The translations under genes were made by a program, and so were the position numbers. Below are positions 18,121 to 25,416 of a stretch of DNA of 64,000 nucleotides, piece by piece. Each line of letters opens with the position of its first letter. Position 1 is the first letter of the stretch. Below the pieces are notes generated by a model that was given only the letters and a program-made list of their open reading frames with translations, was not told where the DNA came from and did not search any database. Where the stretch lies: the IMG/VR virus record IMGVR_UViG_3300049182_000124. One strand, given 5' to 3'. Origin of the DNA: a virus.

Positions 18121-18633
18121 ATGAGCAGCAAGAAGAGCCAGGGGCACGGCGGGCAACCGCCTCCTGCCCCGCCCGAAGAGCCGCTCGCGCCGCTCACGCC
18201 AGCGCCGGTGGCGCCCGGGACCGTCACCACGGAGACGCCCATCGGCACACTGGCGGCAGATCCGTTCGAGCCGCCACTGCCTGTGCCGCCTGTGGACCCG
18301 TCTGCAGGCACAGAGGCCGCACGAGAAGCGCTCACGAAGCTCGAAGACGACCGCAAACAGGTCGAAGAAGAGCGAGAAAACCTCGCAAAAGAGCGTGAAG
18401 CGCTCGAAAAGGCACGCCTACAGCTCGAGGAGGACCGAAAGGCACTTCAGGGGCGCAATGGCGCGCCGCCAGCGCCAGTGCGACCCGAAGACGAGCGACT
18501 GGTGGAGGTGCGCGCGGTCGTCGACATGATCGACCCGCTGCGCGTGCAGCATCGCTTCGCGGGTGACGAGTTTCGTCTGCGGGCTCGTGACGCTGAGGAG
18601 TTCGAGGAGCGCGGCCTCGTCGAGATCTTGTGA
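18121..18633 (+). CDS. Pro-rich/coiled-coil virion accessory protein
   Basis: Pro-rich N-terminus, heptads, small C-terminal GDEF...GLVE domain; follows MCP. Confidence 0.7.
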   Translation: MSSKKSQGHGGQPPPAPPEEPLAPLTPAPVAPGTVTTETPIGTLAADPFEPPLPVPPVDPSAGTEAAREALTKLEDDRKQVEEERENLAKEREALEKARLQLEEDRKALQGRNGAPPAPVRPEDERLVEVRAVVDMIDPLRVQHRFAGDEFRLRARDAEEFEERGLVEIL

Positions 18634-18641
18634 GCTGAGCC

Positions 18642-19103
18642 ATGGCCGAGCCGATCATCACCAAGCAGCAGCTTGTAGCACGTCTCGGCCTAGTGCAGTT
18701 CACGCGAGTCTTTGACGACAACAACGACGGCGCGGCGGACAAGCTCTCCGAAGAGCAGATCCGAAAGGATGCCTCTGGCAAGGTTCGCGGAGCGCTCGGA
18801 CTGGTCTACGACGCCGCGCTGTTGAACGCGGATACCTCCGACGAGCTTGTAAGGGTCACGCTCGACGTGGCCGAAGCCATGGCCACGAAACGCCGTCCTT
18901 CGATTTTGAAGGGCGGCGACTGGGTCGAGATGATGAAACAGGCCGACAAGGATCTGGAGATGCTACGCAAGGGCGTCGCCAATCTCGGCATCACGACCGC
19001 CCCGGAGCCTGCTGCCAATCACGGCGTTCGCATCACGAGCGGCAACCCGGCCAACCCGACGTGTCTGCCGGCGAAGATGTCGGACAACTGGGGCGATTTC
19101 TAG
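18642..19103 (+). CDS. head-tail adaptor (Mu gp36/DUF1320-like)
   Basis: ITKQQLVARLG...DLEMLRKGVANLG; synteny. Confidence 0.75.
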   Translation: MAEPIITKQQLVARLGLVQFTRVFDDNNDGAADKLSEEQIRKDASGKVRGALGLVYDAALLNADTSDELVRVTLDVAEAMATKRRPSILKGGDWVEMMKQADKDLEMLRKGVANLGITTAPEPAANHGVRITSGNPANPTCLPAKMSDNWGDF

Positions 19104-19111
19104 GCGGCACC

Positions 19112-19678
19112 GTGTCCGCCCACCTCACCTACACCTTCGACACCTCCGACTTTCGCACCAAGGCCGTCGGCACGCGCCACGTCATGGCGCTCGGGACGAA
19201 GCGCGCCGTCCAGGTAGCGGGCGAAGCGGCCGCGGTCCGAGCGAGGAGCGAGCACCCGCACAAGCGGCGCACGGGACGGCTTACAAGCCCTGCTGAGCTC
19301 AAGTTTGAACTCCGCCAGGCCGACGACGGCGGCTCCTGGGGCTACCTCGTCAACTACACGCCGTACGGCGCGTACGTCGAGTACGGGACCAAGCCGCACA
19401 AGATCTACCCGAAAGCCGCGCATGGCTTGATCGGTCCAGTCCGCGAGGGCCAAACCCGTCGCGCCACCGGCAAAGGGCCGCACGAGCACATCGTCGGGCG
19501 TGGCATCGCGCTTCGCTTCCGGGTCGGCGGCGTCATCGTCTTCGCCAAGTACGTCGACCACCCCGGCACGCAGCCGCTGCCATTTATGTATCCCGCGGCC
19601 CTGTACGCCGAGACGGTGCTCGCTCGCGAGACCGAGCTCGTCACGTTCGAGATGGTGCGGAAACTTTGGGAGTCTTAG
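19112..19678 (+). CDS. neck/tail-completion protein (HK97 gp10-like)
   Basis: RTGRL, YGAYVEYGTKPHKIYPK, VDHPGTQPLPFMYPA. Confidence 0.8.
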   Translation: MSAHLTYTFDTSDFRTKAVGTRHVMALGTKRAVQVAGEAAAVRARSEHPHKRRTGRLTSPAELKFELRQADDGGSWGYLVNYTPYGAYVEYGTKPHKIYPKAAHGLIGPVREGQTRRATGKGPHEHIVGRGIALRFRVGGVIVFAKYVDHPGTQPLPFMYPAALYAETVLARETELVTFEMVRKLWES

Positions 19679-19866
19679 TGCTGATCTCCTATTCGTACCT
19701 GCTCCTCGCGTGCTTTCTATTCTGGTTCGTTGGTTGCTGGATCTTAGGCGCGCTTCGCGGCAAGCAGTTTGCATTCGTCGCGTTCCTGATGCGTCCGACG
19801 CACGTCCCACTGATCACCTGGTGGACCCTGGGCGCGTTGCTGGTGCTTCGAACCCTCGGTCGCTGA
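19678..19866 (+). CDS. small two-TM membrane protein
   Basis: TAGTG coupling; YLLLACFLFWFVGCWILGAL and LITWWTLGALLVL hydrophobic runs. Confidence 0.5.
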   Translation: MLISYSYLLLACFLFWFVGCWILGALRGKQFAFVAFLMRPTHVPLITWWTLGALLVLRTLGR

Positions 19867-19884
19867 CGGGTACTGACCTGATCC

Positions 19885-20679
19885 ATGTCTCACCGCGTCG
19901 GCGCACTGCTCTTACCGGTGCCTCCGCCGGCGTTCGGTCCGACCAGGCCCAACCAGCCAGCGGTCGCGCCGATCCTCGACCCCGCATTGGACGTGCTGGG
20001 TGCCTTCTTCGCAGCGATGCTGGACCACTACTGTGGGCAAGCGTGGGGCTCGATCGCTCCGGGTGAACCGCTCGTTCGGAAGCTCTCGGTCGGCCACGAC
20101 CCAGAAGAGCTCGACTTCAGCGACAGCGACATTCCACTTCTGGCGCTCTGGCGTGATGGGGATGGGCAACCAACGCGCCTGCAGGACGGCAACGTCCAGA
20201 CAGCCACGCAGGTGAACATCCTTTGGGTGGCGGCGCCGGCGGATGAGCAAAAGCTCGCGGCTCGCTCCCCGTTTTTCAACGCCTTCTGCAAGATGATGGC
20301 ACTCGCGTTCCAACAGGAGCGCGACCCCTGCTGGATCAAGCCTGGCGAACAGGACAACGTCGTGGCCCGAACGTACGGCTCGTACGTCTGGGGCCACGCT
20401 GGTATCGACGGCTGGAACTACGGCGGCACGAAGCGCGTGCCGGTCGTGATCGCGGCTGCCGGTGAGCAGTACCAGTACGCCGGCTATCTCGCGACTTGGA
20501 CCATCCAAGAGAGCACGTCCACTGACGGCTCGGCATTCGGTTCGACCATCAACGGTCAGCGCGTGGGCGTGGAGCCAACGTCGCTGCTCCTGAATCTCAC
20601 GACGTCGACCGACGTCACCGAAGACGATCCGCCACCGCTCGTCGTCCAGCAGGCGCTCATTGGGCCTGGCGACGACTGA
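19885..20679 (+). CDS. putative tail terminator/completion protein
   Basis: 264 aa, GC3-rich, between neck and sheath; function by synteny. Confidence 0.65.
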   Translation: MSHRVGALLLPVPPPAFGPTRPNQPAVAPILDPALDVLGAFFAAMLDHYCGQAWGSIAPGEPLVRKLSVGHDPEELDFSDSDIPLLALWRDGDGQPTRLQDGNVQTATQVNILWVAAPADEQKLAARSPFFNAFCKMMALAFQQERDPCWIKPGEQDNVVARTYGSYVWGHAGIDGWNYGGTKRVPVVIAAAGEQYQYAGYLATWTIQESTSTDGSAFGSTINGQRVGVEPTSLLLNLTTSTDVTEDDPPPLVVQQALIGPGDD

Positions 20680-20690
20680 CCAGGACCTCG

Positions 20691-21377
20691 ATGCAAGTAC
20701 TCCGAGTTTTCCCGAATCCGTTCGCCGCAACGGATAAGGACGGCGTTCCGTGTGCCGTCTGCCCCCGTGACCCGGACGCCGATGGCGGCGGGCCCGCGTC
20801 GTTTGTCGGCGCGCGCGTTTCGCGTAGCGGCACACAGGTGCTGCAGGACTTCAGCAAGCAGGGGCGTGTCGGGACGCTGAATATCGGCGACTACGAGCTT
20901 CGCAGCCCGATTCAGCGCACCCGGTACGAATACCTGGGCATCCAGTCCACCGATCCGGAGCTTGCGAGGAAGCTCTCCGAGAAGGCCCCGATCGAGCTGC
21001 CGGCGACGAAATACTACAAGGACCGGCTGCGCGAAGGCGCGCTGTTGCCCGCCGATGCAGAGACGGCGCACGTGGCGAAGCTGGCGGGCTTCGTCGATCC
21101 CAAGGTGGTGTTCGCGCGCTACGCACCCGCGCCCGAGTTGCCAGCAACGCCGGGCCTCGATCTGCTCCCGCAGTCGCCCGACGCGCAAGGCAACGTGCTC
21201 GAGGCGCCCGCGCTGCCCGACGGCGCGAGCCGCGGAGCCATCGACCTCCCCGCGGACGGCGAGTTTCGGTCGCTCGATCTCGATGCGCCGCTCGGAGGCC
21301 GTTCAGAAGCCGCTCCGGCTGACACGAGCGCCAAGTCGACCAAGCCCAAGAAGCCGAACCAGGAGTCCGCGAAGTGA
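20691..21377 (+). CDS. hypothetical tail-region protein
   Basis: 228-aa ORF coupled (GTGA) to the sheath gene. Confidence 0.7.
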   Translation: MQVLRVFPNPFAATDKDGVPCAVCPRDPDADGGGPASFVGARVSRSGTQVLQDFSKQGRVGTLNIGDYELRSPIQRTRYEYLGIQSTDPELARKLSEKAPIELPATKYYKDRLREGALLPADAETAHVAKLAGFVDPKVVFARYAPAPELPATPGLDLLPQSPDAQGNVLEAPALPDGASRGAIDLPADGEFRSLDLDAPLGGRSEAAPADTSAKSTKPKKPNQESAK

Positions 21378-23137
21378 CCTTCATCATTCCCGGCTTTACG
21401 CCTGACGACCGCGTCCCCGGTGTCGTTGCTCGCAACGAGTGGGGCGCCGGAAAACAGAGCAGCGGATCCGCTGTGCTGTATTGCGTCCTGTTCGGCAACC
21501 CCGGTGCAAGCGCCCCGATGACACTCGAGCAGCGCTACCCGATCACGACGCCGGAAGAGGTGGACGCGCTCGCTGATGCGCGCTCCGAGCTCGCGCGCAT
21601 GGCCCACGCTGCGCTCGACATCCCGGGTGTCACTTTGATGATCGTCGGAGTCGATGAGGTTACGGGCGGCACCGCCGCTACCTGGACGATCGACTTCGGT
21701 GGCACGTGGACGACGGGCGGCGAGATCGCGCTGCAGCTCGATGAGGAAGTGATCCGCGTGGCGGTCGCGGCCTCCCATACCCCGACCACGTTCGGCGACG
21801 CTTTCGAAGACGCCGTCAACCAGGCCCAAGACGGGCGCTTGTTTTGCACGGCCGTCAATACGGCTGGTCGTGTCGTCCTCACCGTGTACAACGCCGGTGT
21901 TCGCGGCAATCAGCACATCGGCTTCGTCAACACGTCGCTCAAGCCATCGGGCATGACCGTGACGATCGACCAACTCTCCGACGTCGTGAAAGCCGGCTCC
22001 GGCTCCGGCCCAGCGATGACGGCCACCGGTACGGACACTGCCGACCACACGTACGTCCTCACCATCTCGACGGGCGGAGCAAACAGCGGCACCGCGCAGT
22101 ACACGCTCACCGTGGATGGCGGTACGCCCACCGCTCCGGCAACGCTCCCGAGCGGTAACTTCGCCCTGCCGGGACACACGGGCATCACCATGAACGCGCC
22201 CGCCGGCACCTACGTGCTCGCCAACACCTACACGTTCAGCGGCGTAGCGGCGCTCGCGAATGGCGGCGTGCCCTTCATGGGCGGCGCTGGCACCGATGAC
22301 ATCGATGCGGCGCTCGACGCCACGGAGAGCGTCACGAACGACTACATTGGCCTGGCCCACAACGATGCCACGAACCTCGGCAAGGTCGAGACCAAGTGCA
22401 ACGAGAAGGCCGCGTTCGACGTGGGCCGTCTCGAGCAATACATCACCTGCGCTCACCGGGGCCTGACCGCTGCGATCGCGATTGGCCAAACGGCCATGAA
22501 CGACCAACTCGGGCAATGCCTCTGGGTGCAAAACGGCGTCGAGCACCCGAGCCGCGTGGCGGCCCGCATGGCCGCGCTCCGCAGCGTGCTGGAGGCCGCG
22601 CAGCCCAACACCAATTACGATGACATGGTGCTCCCGGGCGCCGCGCCGCAGTTCCGTGACGCCGATGTGCCCAACCGGTCGACGCTCAAGAGCGCGCTCA
22701 ACAACAGCCTGACACCGCTCGTCACCGTGGATGGCGACCTGCAGATCGTTCGCTCGATCTGCTCGCGAAGCCTCAAGGGCGCGACGCCGGACTACCGGAC
22801 GTACGACACCGGTGATGTCTCGGTGCCGATCCGCATCCGCAAGGATTTGGTCGCGCTCGGCCGCGACATGAAGTCGGGCAACCCGTTCGCGGGTCCCGAT
22901 CCCGAGGAGGGCCTGCCGCCGGCGGGGACCTTCACGCCGAACCTGTGGAAGGGCCAGGCCGAGGCGTACATGCGCGAGCGCGCAACCGAACGGTACAACT
23001 GGGTCACCGACGTCGACAGCAATCTCCCTCAGGCCGAGTGGGATCCGGACGCGAAGCGCGTCATGTCGCTCGTCCCGCCCGTCGTCAAACCGCAAAACCA
23101 CCAACTCGGGATCATCGTTCGCCAGACGGCGGCGTGA
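21374..23137 (+). CDS. contractile tail sheath protein (Mu gpL-like)
   Basis: N-terminal DRVPGV, SELARMAHAA, ALNNSLTPL, HQLGIIV C-terminus; 587 aa. Confidence 0.9.
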   Translation: MTFIIPGFTPDDRVPGVVARNEWGAGKQSSGSAVLYCVLFGNPGASAPMTLEQRYPITTPEEVDALADARSELARMAHAALDIPGVTLMIVGVDEVTGGTAATWTIDFGGTWTTGGEIALQLDEEVIRVAVAASHTPTTFGDAFEDAVNQAQDGRLFCTAVNTAGRVVLTVYNAGVRGNQHIGFVNTSLKPSGMTVTIDQLSDVVKAGSGSGPAMTATGTDTADHTYVLTISTGGANSGTAQYTLTVDGGTPTAPATLPSGNFALPGHTGITMNAPAGTYVLANTYTFSGVAALANGGVPFMGGAGTDDIDAALDATESVTNDYIGLAHNDATNLGKVETKCNEKAAFDVGRLEQYITCAHRGLTAAIAIGQTAMNDQLGQCLWVQNGVEHPSRVAARMAALRSVLEAAQPNTNYDDMVLPGAAPQFRDADVPNRSTLKSALNNSLTPLVTVDGDLQIVRSICSRSLKGATPDYRTYDTGDVSVPIRIRKDLVALGRDMKSGNPFAGPDPEEGLPPAGTFTPNLWKGQAEAYMRERATERYNWVTDVDSNLPQAEWDPDAKRVMSLVPPVVKPQNHQLGIIVRQTAA

Positions 23138-23149
23138 GGAACAACGCAG

Positions 23150-23533
23150 ATGGCAAACCCTCGCGTCAAGCCGGGCTCGATCTTCTACGGCACGTCCAAC
23201 AAGCGCATCGGCACCCTTCAGGGCTTCAAGTACACGATCACCAACGGGTCGGGTCAGGAGCTCGCGGACGCCGGCGCCTTCAACACCGACGGCCAGATCA
23301 CGACCAAGCTCCAGGCCGACAACATCTCCCCGCTGCCGGGCTTCGATGCTCCGATGATCGAGGACTTGATCAACCAGCAGAATGCCTCCATCAGCCTCGG
23401 CTACATCGGCGGCAAGATCCACGTGATCGACGACATGCGCCCGGTCGAGGTCGAGGTCTCCGGCGAGGTCGCATCTGGCAAGCAGACGGCCAGCTTCAAT
23501 TGGCAGGGCGGCAAGCCGAAGTTGGTCGGCTGA
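23150..23533 (+). CDS. tail tube protein
   Basis: 127-aa beta-rich ORF directly after the sheath. Confidence 0.8.
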   Translation: MANPRVKPGSIFYGTSNKRIGTLQGFKYTITNGSGQELADAGAFNTDGQITTKLQADNISPLPGFDAPMIEDLINQQNASISLGYIGGKIHVIDDMRPVEVEVSGEVASGKQTASFNWQGGKPKLVG

Positions 23534-23630
23534 GGGTAGCGACAGCATTCCAATAGAAGCGGCGCCGGGAAGGCGTCCATGAAGCTGCGGCGCGCCGCGG
23601 TGGGCTTCGTTCTGACGAGCGAAACGCACC

Positions 23631-24326
23631 ATGGGCAAACTGCAGAACATCATCAAGGGAACGCGCGCCGTGAAGGCCGTGCCGTTCCGCTTGGCTGATG
23701 CCCCGCCCCTCCAGTTCGGCGAGGAGACCGACGAGCACACCATGATGGTGGGCTTGCGCGTGCTCACGCCGGCTGAGATCGGTGACGTTTACGAAAAGGC
23801 GATGGCTGACGCCGCGAAAGCGGGTGTCACCCAATGGCTCGACACGCATCCGCTGTGTCGACTGCACGAGATGATCCACACGGTGGCGCTCGCGGCGGTC
23901 GACGTCGACAGTCCGGATCGTGCCGAGCCTTTTTTCGTTGGCGGCGCCGAAACTGTTCGCACGCACCCTGGCATGTGCGGCGACAACCTCGCTTACCTGT
24001 ACGAGCAACACCGGATCTGGCAGGACGAATGCAGTCCACGCGGACCCGCTAAGACCATCGGCGAACTCGTCGCCATGGTGGCAGAGGAGGCGGCGCGCCC
24101 GGAAAATGCGCCCGACGGCCCTTTCTCGCGATTGCGGCCCAGTGCTCTCAAGAGCTCGCTGCACTCTATATGCGTCCTGCTATCGAGCTCACTCGTGGAC
24201 AAGTTGCAGTCTTCCTCTGGGGGCGGCACGAGTTCCGACAATGGCGGGAGCGAGAGCGAAAGTCCGGTAAGCCCGGCCTCATCGGAGCCATTGGCGACGA
24301 CGACGACCGGTAGCGAGGATCCGTGA
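23631..24326 (+). CDS. tail assembly chaperone G (unshifted product, 231 aa)
   Basis: Between tube and tape measure; VGLRVL...LYEQH...ECSP; Ser-rich, rare-codon tail after the slip site. Confidence 0.8.
   Translation: MGKLQNIIKGTRAVKAVPFRLADAPPLQFGEETDEHTMMVGLRVLTPAEIGDVYEKAMADAAKAGVTQWLDTHPLCRLHEMIHTVALAAVDVDSPDRAEPFFVGGAETVRTHPGMCGDNLAYLYEQHRIWQDECSPRGPAKTIGELVAMVAEEAARPENAPDGPFSRLRPSALKSSLHSICVLLSSSLVDKLQSSSGGGTSSDNGGSESESPVSPASSEPLATTTTGSEDP
24119..24313 (+). CDS. -1 programmed frameshift site and GT extension (C-CCT-TTC; FLAIAAQCSQELAALY...DDDDR*)
   Basis: X-XXY-YYZ heptamer 24119-24125 in phase with frame 0; -1 frame open for 63 codons to TAG 24311-24313. Confidence 0.8.
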   Translation, partial: PFLAIAAQCSQELAALYMRPAIELTRGQVAVFLWGRHEFRQWRERERKSGKPGLIGAIGDDDDR

Positions 24327-24922
24327 CGACGTTCGAGAGAGCTGTCGCCAAGGCGCGAGCACCCGGGGCGACGCTTGTCCTTCAGCCCTGGTGCTTTGCC
24401 GACGAGTGGTCGAAAAAGCCAACGACTCCGGTCTGCGTGGGGCTGCGTCTGCTCGCCGACAGCGAAAAGACCAAGGCGAGGCTCACGGCCGAGGAGCTTG
24501 CCGACCAGGTGCATCCGCAACGCGGGCCGAATTGGATCGACAGCTTCAACGACGCCCTGATTCGTCAGGTGGTGGCGCTCGCGCTCTGTGACCCCAATGA
24601 CGTCAAGAAACCATTCGACCTGATGCCCTTCCCCGAGTCGGACGTCAGCGATGCCTTCACGTCGCGCGGCGCCGCGCTCGTGTTCGAAGCCATCGACAGC
24701 TACGAAATCAACTCGAGCCCCATCGGAATTGCCGCCGATCGTCCGGAACTCGACAAGCTCGCTCACCTCGTCAGGCTCGTCGACCCGAAAAGACTGCCGA
24801 TGCCATTGCGGCGCATGATCGGGCACGTTGTTGGTGAGCTCGATCAGCTCGTGGATGAAGATTCAGTGGACGCCGCCGGCATCAACGACACGGGCAACGA
24901 AGTCGCTCCCGTCGTCAGTTAG
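24323..24922 (+). CDS. second tail assembly chaperone-like protein (paralog of 23631)
   Basis: VGLRLL / W.D / VVALALCD..PF / LVFE...SSP align with the upstream chaperone. Confidence 0.7.
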   Translation: MTTFERAVAKARAPGATLVLQPWCFADEWSKKPTTPVCVGLRLLADSEKTKARLTAEELADQVHPQRGPNWIDSFNDALIRQVVALALCDPNDVKKPFDLMPFPESDVSDAFTSRGAALVFEAIDSYEINSSPIGIAADRPELDKLAHLVRLVDPKRLPMPLRRMIGHVVGELDQLVDEDSVDAAGINDTGNEVAPVVS

Positions 24923-25396
24923 CAGAGTCTCGTCGGCAACCTGCTCGGGTCGAGTCAGGTCGATGTAGAGCAGGCAGGAGCTCACGTCGAAGCCGAGCGC
25001 ACGGGCTCGCTCGTGCAGCACAGCGAACTTGGCGCGACCATCGGTGAGCAGCGATCGCAAGTGCAGCTCGTCAGCGTGGAGCAGCACCAACTCGGCCCGC
25101 GCCTCCTGCAACTGACCCTCCATGCGGCCGCAGATCCTGGCCACGTCCGCAGCGAGCTCCGGATCGCGGAGCGCTGCTGGTGCCGCCGACCGCATCTCCC
25201 AGACACGTGAGTCGCGCTCCAGGCGCTCAATGCGCTGCTCGAGCAGGACGGCGCGCGAGACCACCGTCCGGAAGCGGGCGGCCTTGTCGTTGAGCTGCTC
25301 GGCCAGCCGCTGCAGGTAGCGCGCCACCTCTGGCTCGACCGGTCTGCGGGGCTCGTAGCCCAGGCGCGCCAGTAGTCGTTTCAGCACTCCCCCCAC
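24863..25396 (-). CDS. PspA/IM30 (ESCRT-III superfamily)-like coiled-coil protein, C-terminally truncated, antisense moron
   Basis: GGAGG-6nt-GTG; GC3-rich; MGGVLKRL, EPE, LEQRIE-x8-W, ELA, ELVLL, ERARAL spaced as in PspA helices 0-2. Confidence 0.75.
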   Translation of the reverse strand: MGGVLKRLLARLGYEPRRPVEPEVARYLQRLAEQLNDKAARFRTVVSRAVLLEQRIERLERDSRVWEMRSAAPAALRDPELAADVARICGRMEGQLQEARAELVLLHADELHLRSLLTDGRAKFAVLHERARALGFDVSSCLLYIDLTRPEQVADETLLTDDGSDFVARVVDAGGVH

Positions 25397-25416
25397 CGTA
25401 AGCCTCCCCCGGACCC

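Noticed and set aside
23612-23624. Hammerhead ribozyme core (CTGACGA..GAAA)
   Set aside because: Only 2 nt for stem II, and no compatible stem I or stem III/NUH upstream
21119-23767. 882-aa minus-strand ORF (and similar long antisense ORFs over portal, MCP and baseplate genes)
   Set aside because: Shadow frames of high-GC3 plus-strand structural genes; no motifs
23930-23936. Alternative slippery site T-TTT-TTC in the chaperone gene
   Set aside because: The -1 frame gives an Arg-rich, off-frame-looking peptide closing at 24052, and shifting here would drop the conserved LYE...SP motif; the 24119 site fits far better
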